The notes under the pieces were generated by a model, which saw only the letters and a list, made by a program, of their open reading frames with translations, was not told the origin of the DNA and made no database searches. A stretch of DNA of 34,945 nucleotides from Seison nebaliae. Its lineage: Eukaryota. The DNA lies in the NCBI GenBank assembly GCA_023231475.1, contig JALJEE010000444.1, forward strand, positions 1-34,945. Direction: 5' to 3'. Shown here piece after piece: positions 1 to 12,100 of this stretch. The translations under genes and the position numbers were made by a program. Positions within the stretch are counted from its first letter, which is position 1. Every line of letters begins with the position of its first letter.

Positions 1-255
1 TGAACGAATAAATTTTTCGCCCTTTTTTTATATTTATTTGTTCTTCTTTTCTTATCGTTCATCAATAATCGTTGCTCAAATTCTTCTTTTTGGAAGCATT
101 TCACCAAACAATTTTCGAAAGCTTCTACAGTAGGATGAACCATTCTTATTAAATGGTGCAAACCATTATTTTTTCCCTCAATAATGTTATTCGTGCGTGG
201 AAGGTTTTTTAATACACGTTCGTTATTATTCCACAAGATTGTTTGTTGGATTATT
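1..255 (-). mobile_element. Mutator-like (MULE) transposase C-terminal fragment, 5'-truncated, runs off window start
   Basis: Minus-strand translation ILWNNNERVLKNLPRTNNIIEGKNNGLHHLIRMVHPTVEAFENCL matches the MULE W-N...PRTNNxxEGxxNxL...HP signature around the catalytic Glu; in-frame TAA just upstream (~257). Not in the ORF track. Confidence 0.75.
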
Positions 256-1460
256 TAATGCTCATGGGCGTAGCGAGCAGAGCAGCGAGTAGTACATACA
301 ACAAGAATACATTGACTCGACTCAGGGTGCCCATGCCTGGTCTATACCAATCGATGGGGATTCTCTTACCGAACTACAGCGATTGATCGATGTTGGCGAA
401 GATCGAAATTTTTTATCTATTTTTCAAATTTATCCCGATGGGAATTTCTCTAATAAATAATAATTATTATTATTAATTATTATATTTATATAATTATGAT
501 ATAATTACATTAAAATTACATTTTATAGCATTTGGGGATATTGAAATTAATCATCTTTCAGAATTCGAATTCTATCATATTAAGGAGCTTTCCTGACACG
601 GAATACATTTACTATATTATAATTACTTACTTATAAAAAAATATTTAAAAATTAATGATAATGCAATTGATAAACGAAGAATAGAAAATCATGACGATAG
701 GCGTTAAAAATAAATTCATAACAAGAATTAATCTATCTTATTCTTAATGAAAACATCTCATTGACGATTATTGAATTACGTTGGTTTATATAACCGATTA
801 GACATCGGAAGAGTATAGTCATTGGAAACTTATAAATTAGCAGTTTATTAAATAACGGAATAGGAAATTTAGGAAGCATTTACCTTCTCCAGAAAGGTAT
901 CGTTTGTAGGGTTTTCGTTCAGAACGGTGTTATCTGGTTCTAATCTTTTTAATGTGATTTTTTACATTTTCTGGCTAATCGCTTGCAGTTTCTGTTTGTG
1001 TTTTGAAAAATACTACCAACGAAAGCCTCATTACTTATACCATTATGAAAACCTCATTATGTTAGCCAACATAAGCTAATCTCTTTTTATTTATTTATAA
1101 TCTTCATAGGACAAACTCTGCTATTTTTAGGGTACTTGAAAATTCATAAATTGTTGGAAAAAAAGGGTAAGAACATTAGATATTAAGTTTAGGTTTAAAA
1201 GTTAAGGTATATTTAAAATATCAGAAAGTTTCCATCAATACTAATGACATTATCATAATAATTTTCTTAACAGCAACACACTTCTGTCTTTGGAGGAAAA
1301 ACATTCTCTATTATTCTACTTTTTAAGAAGATCATGTGAAAGAGTTAAGTTAGAAGTGAATGAGAGAGCATAAATAAGAAACAAGAACGATTGAAAGAAA
1401 CTTAGGTTTTTCATAAAAAAGAAATTCATAATTTTTTCATTTTCTCTTTCGGTTTTGCAG

Positions 1461-2385
1461 ATGACATCAAACGATAGTTCTATATCGAAGAGAGATACCA
1501 GAAATTTGACTAGTAAATCTGAAGCTACTCAAAGTGATAATGGCAGTCGCATCAAATCAATTTTGAAGCAAATGACAGATAATAAAGCCAATAAAAGCCA
1601 TTTACAACCATCGACAGATAGTGGAGAATTAGACAGTAATATTTTCGGGAATCGAAGTGTGTATGCAGTTTACTCTTCCCAATAGTTTAGTTTCTTTTCA
1701 AAAATCAATTCTTTCATCTAGGTGGAGAATTTGAATAAAGACAAAATTATCTTACAAATGACCAACACGAGAAATCCGGTTGCAGTTAGAAAGAAGAAAG
1801 TTGAATTATATTTATTTTCTCATATAAATAAATTAACGTTAGAAAAGAACAGTCGATATCGCTTTTGGTCGTTCCAATTCAGGAACATTAATAACATTAA
1901 ATAGCAACGACAATCATGAATCTCAAACAGAGAGTCAGAAAACTCTTAAGTTGAATGATATTATTCTCAATTTAAGTAACACGGAAAGTTTATCGAGAAC
2001 TGTGGAGACTTATGGTTCAGTAGAAATCAAGAAAATAAGACGAACCGATGACGTTATATTGATCGATGGAGACGCTCCAATATGTCCCATTGATAAACCA
2101 GCAGTTAAGGTCGCCAAATTTGGTCAGAAAGTTCAATTTGTCAATAAACCGGATATAGTAGATATAACGAATAATATTTCGTCACTCTCGTCATCAGACA
2201 CGGGTGCCATCATGTCTTCAGTAAGTATGCGAAGTACATCGGAACGAGATGGATCACCAATTTCTCAACCGCGAGAAATACGATGTAAATGTTGTGGACA
2301 TATTGCTGGCGTAATACATGCCGGTAAGGCAATATTTCGATCTAGTTGTAATGACTCAAAACAATTAGATTCTTATGTTAGATAA
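1461..2385 (+). CDS. Hypothetical Ser-rich protein, 3 coding exons, C-terminal CxxC (IRCKCCGH)
   Basis: ORFs 1455, 1722 and 1951 join in phase 0 through GT-AG introns (first ending at 1721, donor uncertain; second 1800-1842). No recognisable family. Confidence 0.5.
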
Positions 2386-2556
2386 AAAAAATCGAAGCTT
2401 AATTAATTTAGTTTTCATTTTTTATTTATTATTAAAAGAAATAATTTAATTTCAATTTAGAATTAGTTTTTTTCAAATCTCTTTTTTAACATTATATTGA
2501 AAATGAATGAAAATTTGATTGAAAATATTTTGACATTAATGAAAGAATATGAATAA

Positions 2557-3345
2557 TTATGAGAGAATTTGTTGAAAGTCAATAAATTTTTTACAATTTT
2601 TACTTTGGATAATATCTCCCCATCTTAATTCAATGGAGCATTGAGGACACTTTCCCCCTATGGGCAACAATTGATTTGGTTCATCTTTCAGAAATAATTT
2701 GCTCAAACAGAAAATATGAAAAAGTCCATTACAATTTGAAATTGGACATTCAACTGTATCGTCGTTTGTCGTTTCAGTTTTACCTTTACAAATCAGACAT
2801 TTATCTTCACGATCATAAGAAGGAATAATTTTATTGTCAATTAATCGATTCTTATATGGACCTGAAATGACCACCATATGTTTTGGTAATGAATGAACGA
2901 GGTGTATATCATTCTCGTCTTCTTCATTTATCGATAACCATTGAAGGGTTAATGATAAACGTCGCCAATAATTCGAGGTTAACATCAATTGTAAAATGAA
3001 TAATTTGTAACGTTTCTTTAATCGTCCACCTAATTTCATTTGTTGAAGACGAGAAGTCGACGGCATCAAATGTTTGACACGACGAGATTTCTCCGGATTC
3101 TGCCACGCCCATTCAAACTTCAATGCAGCTGTATCATTCGGGAATCCATGTACTGTGAGAATCATGCGCCACGGTCCACGCATATTTGTCTTGTTAGCGC
3201 CACCTTGACTAATTCCACCGTTGTGTTGATCGATCCTCCTACCCGGATTCACCGTATATCCGATATAAGTCGTATTCTTAATTTTCGCATTAACATTCTC
3301 ATTACACAAAAGATAAACTCCAAAGAATTCTGATGTTTTACTCAT
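2557..3345 (-). CDS. SLX1: Structure-specific endonuclease subunit SLX1 (GIY-YIG + C-terminal RING/PHD-type Zn finger), intronless
   Basis: GVYLL...TYIGYTVNPGRRIDQHNGG...GANKT...GPWRMILTVHGFP...ALKFEWAWQNP; C-terminal CLIC...C...C...HIFCL...LLPIGGKCPQC...WGDII. Confidence 0.95.
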   Translation of the reverse strand: MSKTSEFFGVYLLCNENVNAKIKNTTYIGYTVNPGRRIDQHNGGISQGGANKTNMRGPWRMILTVHGFPNDTAALKFEWAWQNPEKSRRVKHLMPSTSRLQQMKLGGRLKKRYKLFILQLMLTSNYWRRLSLTLQWLSINEEDENDIHLVHSLPKHMVVISGPYKNRLIDNKIIPSYDREDKCLICKGKTETTNDDTVECPISNCNGLFHIFCLSKLFLKDEPNQLLPIGGKCPQCSIELRWGDIIQSKNCKKFIDFQQILS

Positions 3346-3653
3346 TCCTACATTCCTCTTGGAAACTACAACTCTCGTAAAAAATATTTACAAATTTTTT
3401 AGACTTAAAATTAAAATAAAAAATTCTTCAAAAAATTTGAGGGTTAAAAAAATTTTGAAAAATTTCTCGATTTTCATTTAAATAAAAATTAAACTATTTT
3501 AAAATTACAAATTTGATGATAATACAGATTTTATGTAGACATTGAATATCAGATTCATGTGGAATTCATGTAGACTTCTTACAGGAATTTAGATAGAAGA
3601 ACAAAATAATTAATTCAACGAAACTTCCCAAGAGAATCTTTTGATAGAATTAC

Positions 3654-3661
3654 GCGGGAAA
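3654..3661 (-). promoter_or_regulatory. E2F-consensus site (TTTCCCGC) in the divergent SLX1/SET intergenic region
   Basis: GCGGGAAA on the + strand, an exact TTTSSCGC match in a very AT-rich 613-nt spacer; function is inferred only. Confidence 0.35.
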
Positions 3662-3958
3662 ATTGTTGAGAAATTTGACATTATAAAAAGTATTTTGCAA
3701 TTAAGATCTTTTTCTAATTAATTTCTTGTTGGTATGACATTTGTAGAGAGCATATAAAATTTTCTTGGAATTTCTTAAATAAAAATAGATAGAGAATGAA
3801 ATCCTGTACAATTCTAAGCTTTCCCTTCCAAATATCATTCATTTGTTCATTTCTTTTACACATACATACTTCGAAGTTCCAAGAGTACTAAAGCCTGTTC
3901 TTATCTTTTCTTGTTCTTATAGAGAGTAGATTTTTAAAAATTTTTAATTGTGCGTGAA

Positions 3959-4826
3959 ATGGATGAATCGAACACAGCACCGAAAATGAAAAAACTTGAC
4001 GGTTTTTCCTTTACCATTAATTATTCTTTTGAAAATCCTTCAATTATCTGAAGTAGATGTCAATGCGGAAAAGATTTTGGAAGATGTTTTGAAAATTCAA
4101 AGGAACATTGACAAATTGAATGAGGAAGCCAGTCTGGAAATTTTGGATGTGGAACGAAGATTTAATTTGAAGAAAAAACCATTTTATGAGGACAGGAGTT
4201 CATTCATCAAGAAAATCAGTAATTTCTGGTCAACAGCTCTAATTAATCATCCACGATTCGCTGATTTATTAACATCAAAAGATTTGAAAGTGTTAAATTA
4301 TTTATCGACAATCGAAGTGACGGATATGGTCAATACGAAATCTGGTTATCGTATCGAATTTGTTAGTGTTTAATTAAAAATATTTTTTTTTTAAATTAAA
4401 ATTCTAAAGTTTTTCGAAGAGAATCCTTATTTCTCTAATACCTCTTTGTACAAAGAGTTCACTATCGATGAAATCGGACTCTTCGATTCGAAACCATCAG
4501 GAATCGTTTGGAAGGAAGAGAATGAAGTGACACAATCAGAAGACGATTCCGGAAAGAAGAGGAAATTTACTGAAGAAATCTGCTTTATGGATTGGTTCGC
4601 CGATCGAGGTGATGAGCATGACGGTTTTGATGATGATCTTTCAGACTTGGGAGAAATTATCCGTGATGAGATCTGGCCCAATCCCATTAGTTTGTACATG
4701 CAAGGAGAGGAGAAGACAGATGATGATGAACCAGATGAAGAGGAAGAAGATTTCGATGAAGATGATGATGAAATGGACGAGGAGAATGACAATGCGTCCG
4801 ATGATCAAGACAACGATACTGAATGA
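3959..4826 (+). CDS. SET: SET/TAF-I (NAP family) histone chaperone, 3 exons
   Basis: Introns 4002-4053 and 4362-4409 give MDESNTAPKMKKLDVDVNAE...IDKLNEEASLEILDVERRFN...ISNFWSTALINHP...GYRIEFFFEENPYFSN...LGEIIRDEIWPNPISLY plus an acidic tail. Confidence 0.92.
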
Positions 4827-4929
4827 ATAATTTATTTCATATTTATTATTCATCAGATATATATTAACAGAATTTATCATCACATTTATTTTTTCAAAAA
4901 TTTTATTAATTAATTTTTTATTATTTTCT

Positions 4930-7685
4930 TTATTCTTTCTTTCCTTCTTCAATTTTCTTTTCTTTCTCTTCAATTTTCTTTTCTTTAAATTTCAATTCCG
5001 CATCTTTTTCATAAGTAGTCTTCAACTCTTTGAATCGTTTAATGGCGTCTTCAATCATCACTTCTCCGTGAACGTTGTTATCTCTTGTACGGACGTTGAT
5101 CGATCGATTCTTCATCTCTTGTTCTCCCACCACTTAAATTTATAAATACAAATTTTTTTTCAAATTTAAATTAGCGATTAGTTGATCTCGTGTATTTACT
5201 AATAAATATTTTTAACCTGCAATAAAATTGTATTGTGCTAATTGGGCGTTTCTTATCTTCTTTTTGAATGTGACCGTGTTGTCGATATCATAATCACATT
5301 CGAATCCTTCCTCGTATAATCGATTGTTCAACTCAATTGCGTAGTCGTTGACAGGTGGGGCGACTGGAATGATTTTTATTTGTCGTGGAGATAACCAGAA
5401 CGGCCATTTGCCTCCATAATTTTCAGTGAGAATTGCGATCATTCGTTCAACAGATCCCAAGACTGCACGATGGATAATCACCGGTCGTTCATATTGTTTC
5501 TCCGTATCTCCACTATAAATGAAAATAAAAAAATAAAATTAATTTTCTCTTCCACAAAACCATATTGATGATATTATTCATTAGAAAAGAATCCCTAGCG
5601 ATTAATTCGATTATAGAATATTTTCCTTAAATAAAACATAATATACCTTTGACCTCTTGAAAATTAAAATAAATGATGGAAATTATATGGAATTTTTTTG
5701 ATTATTAAATTTTGAAAAAAAAATTTTCAAATTAAAATAAAAAATTAACGTGGTGTATTGGAGATTGAATTGATTTGGCAGTTGGAAATCTAATTGAATA
5801 GTTGCACATTGATGTTCTCGTCTCATTGCGTCAGTGACGGTAATATCGATTTTCGGTCCGTAGAAAGCGCCACCAGCTTCATCGATTTCCCAATCAGCTT
5901 CATATCTTTAATTTGAAATTGAACATTTTTAAAGATTTAATTAACGGAAACTCGTCTAATGCTTCACCTAATTGTTTTTCAGCAATTTCCCAATCTTTCA
6001 ATTCACCAAGAAATTCTTCGGGATGAGTTGATAATTTCAATTTGAATTGGAAACCGAAAATTCCATAAACTTCTGTCAAGAATTGGAGACATGATTTTAT
6101 TTCATTTTTAATATCTTGTTGACGACAGAAGATATGTGCATCATCTTGTTGAAATCGTCTCACTCGTGTCAATCCTGAGAGAGCACCAGATAATTCATTT
6201 CGATGTAACACTCCAAAATCGGCATATCTCAATGGCAATTCCTTCCACGATCTTGGTCGGGAAGCGAACATGAGACAATGTCCCGGACAATTCATTGGTT
6301 TCAATGCGAATTTCTCTTTTTCCACTTCGAAACTAAACATATTTTTCTGGGAAGAAAATAAACAATTTTTAAAATTTTCAATATTTTTTCAAAAATCAAC
6401 TTCATAATATGCCCAATGTCCTGATGTTTGCCATAATTGCACATTGTACATATTGGGCGAGACGACTTCTTTGAAGCCGTTTTTACGATAAATTTTCTAA
6501 ATGAGAAATATCATTTTTTAAGTGTGATAATTAAGAATTCCAACTCGAATCATTGAAATGAGAGTATTATAAATATATGCACCTTTCGGATAGAAAAAAC
6601 ATGATCCTGGTGAGAGTTCATGGAAGAAGAATAATTCTTGATCTTTTCCAATTTTTCTATGATTTCTCGCTGCAGCTTCTGCTTGAATCTTCTTCCATTC
6701 TGCTAATTGAGCATTTTCTGGAAAAGAAATTCCATAAATTCGTTGGAGAACTTCTGCTTCCGATTTCCCTTCCCAATATGATGAAGAATTCTTAATTTAT
6801 AATTATATAATTCAAAATTCAAATAATAAATTATTAATAATAATAACTTTCGTCAACGCAACAGCTTTAATACTACCGGTATGACGTACATGTGGTCCCA
6901 TACACAGATCAATCAAATCACCACATCGATAAACAGTTGTCGTATCAGTTTTGACTTTCTCATTTAAAATTCGACATTTAAATTGATTATACTAATTAAA
7001 ATTTGAAATTGTCAAAAATTTAATATCGTCACAAACCGAAAACATTTGCAATAAATCATTTTTCGTCATTTCTAATCGTTCGAATGGTTGTTTTTGTTTG
7101 ATAATCTTTTTCATTTGTTGCTCAAGAAATTGCATATCACTTGTTTGAACTGAACGATCTTTGATGAACATATCGTAATAGAAACCGTCTTGTATTGGTG
7201 GACCGTAACATAAATCGCCACCATAACACCATTCCATCGCCTCGCCTAAAATATGAGCAGAGGAATGCCAATAAACATATTTCCCGTCTTTGTCATTGAA
7301 TGATAATAATTCCAATTTACAATTTTTCTCTAACGGTCTCTCCAAATCCCACAAATCATTGTCAACTTTCGCAACAATGAAATTTCTCGCACGTCCACCA
7401 CCAAAATTTTCTAAAGCGAACGCGAATGGTGTAGTCTGCCAAGCGATACATTTCTTCTTATCACCGTTGGGTAAAGTGATTTCTATTTCTTTTCTTTCCT
7501 GATTCTTCACAAATTCCTCTCGTTTCACTTTCAATTCATTCCACAATTTCAATCGACTCTCTAAATATTTCGGTTCATTATCAGTCTGAAAAATATTCTC
7601 AATTATTCCTCCTCCACTTTTTCCACTAAATAAATTTAACGTTTTTCAAACAACACATCGACGGTAACGGATCAACAGTTGTCAT
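4930..7685 (-). CDS. TARS1: Threonyl-tRNA synthetase, cytoplasmic type, 9 exons
   Basis: Exons approx. 7685-7641, 7585-7037, 6991-6848, 6790-6545, 6496-6401, 6346-5946, 5905-5750, 5512-5217, 5132-4930. Motifs: [83 protein letters not shown]. Confidence 0.97.
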
Positions 7686-9123
7686 TCTCTTTACCTTTTT
7701 CTCTCTTAATCGACGTAACTAAAATTTTCAAAAATTATATTTAAAAAAAAATAGAAAAATTCAAAATTGTGAAGAATGTTTGAGAAGAGAATAATAACAG
7801 AACTATAATTGGAGATTTGTTGATTGAGTTTGAGTTTTTTAAGAGATCTATCTAATGACGAATAAATTAGAGAAATTGAAATCATACAATCTGATTTTTA
7901 AAGAGAATAAAAGTGACGTAATTGTTGTTAGATATTTAGGAATGATTTCAAGTTATTTAATGTTCAATGCGTGGTCAAAAATGCATCATCAGCTTCTTCT
8001 TTCAATCATTTCAATCATGGCAATATGTTGTGTTAAGTTATTTTAAATTTGAATTATTGTGCCTGTCAAATTTGTTTTTTGGTTTATGGACGAAGTTATT
8101 TAGTTTCATTTTTTATCAGAAATTCTGTTGTTTTCTGTTGGAAATGATGAATCTTTTGGAAGGATTTAACATTCTCTAATTATCATTCGATAGTAGAATA
8201 AAAAAGGAAAAATCATTTATTCTTTTTTTCTTACCAATTCGTATGTTTCCTATCAAATAAATAAATTTAGCTAGTTCCATAAATAGTTGAGATAATTGGG
8301 ATAATTGACAATTATCGGTTTTTTCCAATATCTTTTTCCCTTTTTAATAATCGATATTTGTCATTTATCATCTCCTGAAGGAATTGGTGAATATGATAAG
8401 GATAGAATTGCATGATCGATAAGAATGATGATAATATTCTTCTCTTCACAGTTTCGAGAGAGGGGGGAAGGGAAAAAATATTCGCCACAATTTTCGTTGT
8501 CATGGTAACCAAATAAATGACCGACTGAGGTGAATGTATTCCATTTGAGTGACCAACTTTCGATGTGAATGCAAAACGTGTGAGTCATAGACGAGTGATA
8601 TTGCCGGAACTATTCTCTTTTTCCCAAACTATTGACATTGACCAAATGACGAAGAAACGGAGAAAAGTAATTGTCTTTTTTTCTTATTCACATCAGACTC
8701 GTGAATTGTTTTTGTGGGAGAATGTGAAATTTTCTCATTTGTGGTTCAGTTTTCGAATAATTTATTTTTTCCATTCAAAAATTATTCTCCCATAACAGAC
8801 GAATGTCCTTTTTTTTTCAAAAATTTTTTTTTGCGAGGAAAATTGTCGAAAGAAAAATTTAATTTTTTCTTTTTTTTTATTGTAGATATCAATCCCTATA
8901 GTGTAATTGACGGAATTTTCAGTTTTTCATGGAATTTGTTTAAACGAGAAAATTTTCATTTTCGTTAATTAATTTAAACGATTTCTCTATTAATTAATTG
9001 AATTTAATTTGAATTAATCAAATATTTATATAATTAGAAGTAGAATTAGAAATTGTTAATAATTTGTTAAAATTTATTTAATTGTTTTGAAAATAGAAAA
9101 ATTTTCTTCTAAAAAATATCGAA

Positions 9124-12100
9124 ATGAAACGATTGTTGATTAAGGGAGGTGAAATTGTGAATGATGATAATTGTTACACTTCTGACGTGTTCATGGAGAA
9201 TGGAACAATTAGACAGATTGGAAAAAATCTTCGAATCGACGGACAATTTGATACAATCGACGCTTCAGGAATGTTAGTGATGCCGGGTGGTATTGATCCG
9301 CACACTCACATGAATATGGGATTCATGGGAACGAGAACAGCTGATGATTTCTTTACCGGAACTCGAGCGGCGATTGCTGGTGGAACAACGATGATAAGTT
9401 GGTATGTTTTATTATAATTTAAATTCGAATGGAAGAATTAATTAATTCATAGGTCATTAAATATATCCGTTTTGACTCACCAATTTAGTTGGATAAGCTC
9501 GATAAGTTTCATCACTCTCCATATCATAATCGATGAAAGTTGTAGGTTGTTCATGAGGTTGAAGTATTCGACCTTCCGGCACATTATAACAATAGACATT
9601 CGATTGATTAGTTGAGACGGATGATCTCTTCGATGAATCGGGAGTCCGTTTATATGCTCGATTATCGTAAAATGTAATTTCTTTTTTTTCAAGAGTTCTC
9701 GGCGGAAGTGATTTGTGATATTGTTGTCGTTGATCATTCTGTTTCTTCCAAGCAATTTTCATTTGAGTCTTCGACATCCTTTTTTGATTATTTATCTGTA
9801 TCATCTCATGATTAGATGAATAATATGGTATCGATTGATATTTTTCTTTACTTCGATAAATTGTGGACGGAACGGAATTGGATAGACGAGCGGCGTCCAA
9901 CCGTTCGAATTTCTTCCATTTCACTAACGTATTCGATTGTTGTGACTCTGGAAAAAAAGAAAAAGAAAATTAATTTTTTTTATAAAAAAATTTTTAAACT
10001 TTTTGAAGACGAATAATCTTTTGAATGTTTATTCAAATGTGAATGATGTCGATGAGTGGCGGATGGACGTCGTCGTCGATCAAATATGGGAATGGGATGA
10101 CCATATTTCTGATTATTTCTCTTACAATAATAGTAGAGGAAGAAAGAAAGTAATGCGAATAGAATGAGAGCAAATAGGATGCCAAGTGACAATTTTATGA
10201 TTTCATCTTGAGCCAATCTTCCATTTGTCGTCATTTTGGTGAAATAGACATTCAAATTTGAGAAGGAAACGAATTTCACTTAAACACCATTAAGAAATTG
10301 AATGAGATAACTAGAATGAATTCTTTATGATGAGAGGAAAGAATTAATAATATTTCCTATGAAATGTTTACATTCTAATTGTTTACTCATCAATTGAAAA
10401 AAAAAAAAAACTGCAGTTTTCGATAAGATCCGATGGAATATGTCAGGAGGAAAAGAAGGAAAGAAAAAAATATTTTTGAGAACATAAATAATATTATGTA
10501 ATAAATTTTTTTTTCAATTATCTTACTTTAAAATTACGTTCTATTTTTTTTATTACCACAAACGATACTACTTATTATGATGAGGAATGATGTCAGAAGT
10601 AGCTGATTGTTTTATTTTCCCGTTGGCTCTACTACTACGACAACTGAGAGTGAATGTAAAAGGAGTTCGAGTTAAGGAATATGTTGAAAGACGATTAAAT
10701 ATTCACATCAATAATTCATTCCTCTTTATATTGATATATGGTGGAAGAAGAAGAAGAAGAAGAAGAAGTTTTCAATGAATAATTCTTCCGTCTTCTTTCT
10801 TCTTTCCTTCTCCGTCGTCAACTCTCATTATTTTTATTTTCTTTTATCAATTCTTAATTTAACTATTCCTCTAATTATCTTCATGAATTGAATAGTTGAT
10901 TTCGTGAATCCTGACAAAACTCAAACGTTATTGAATGCGTACGAAGCGTACCGGAATTATGCTGATGGGAATGTGTGTTGCGATTATGGCCTTCATATGA
11001 TCCTTCGACGATTTGATGAATCAATAGAGAAAGAAATGGAACAGTTGGTCAATGATAAAGGTTTGTAGTGAATACATTTTTTCTTTTTCTTCTTTTTCTT
11101 CTATTATCTTCTTCGCCTTTCTCCCACATAAATATTTCGATATTCTCTCATCTAAAACGAATAAGAGAAATCCTTACATCATTCCCAACACCAGTTGGAC
11201 GGATAGATAGATGAATGACTGAATGGCTAGATATAATTCCCTAACGAAAGATATAATCAATTCATTATTTCTCCGTCATTCTGTTTATTTAATTTAAAAT
11301 CATTCCATCTTCTAACACTACGCAACTAGTTACTAGTCCATAAGAATTCCGTTAGGATTATATCCACTCATATTAATGTGGACGAGTGTTAAGGGATGAT
11401 ATTGGAAGAGTGCTGTTATTAAGAAATTAATAATCCGCTTGAAATTATTCCCTGCAAATTTCTCCTTGAATCTCATTGCAATATTTGGGCAAACTTACTG
11501 AATTATGTTGATGGAGATAGACTTGACTGAATTTGGACTAAATACGATAAATTATTATTTTAATGTCATGAGTAAAATGAAATGTTCATTGTAAAAGGTG
11601 TATCTGATAATGATGATCTGATCATTTCTATATCTCAATATCTCCCCCCAATAGATAATTGTGAGATTGATTCAGAATTGAAAAGAAAAAATTCTATGAG
11701 CTTAACATAATTGATTATTTTAAGTTTTCTTTTCCTTTCAATCCACTACAAATTTCGTGAGCATTTCATTTCATTCATCTATCTAAATATCTATCTATCT
11801 ATCTATCTATCTATCTGTAATCTTGTTCAACTATCCCGTTATTCAACAATATATTGTGTCTAATGATGCAGAAGGAGATGTACAGGTGAAAAATGAAAAT
11901 TTTTTATATTTTCCAACCATTTCTCCAAACAATTACTCGTCAGTTCAGTTTTCTCCTTCCACATGAAATTATGTAACTTTTCTTCGGTTCTTTGTTTTCG
12001 TTTCTCTTTCTCCTTTGTTTATGGTTTCTCCCGGCACTCAAAATCTTATTATGAGTTTTATAAGCAAACTATTTTTTTTCAATTGAGTCTTTCTCTCGTT

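Noticed and set aside
293..460. Plus-strand 55-codon open stretch YIQQEYIDSTQGAHAW...
   Set aside because: No start codon or credible partner exon and no recognisable family; overlaps probable transposon debris.
4427..4973. Ser-rich and hydrophobic ORFs 4427..4792, 4609..4830 and 4641..4973
   Set aside because: Shadow or alternate frames of the SET acidic tail and the ThrRS end.
7855..8968. Short ORFs between ThrRS and DPYS, including a possible alternative ThrRS first exon
   Set aside because: AT-rich, no motifs, and no in-phase splice path found.
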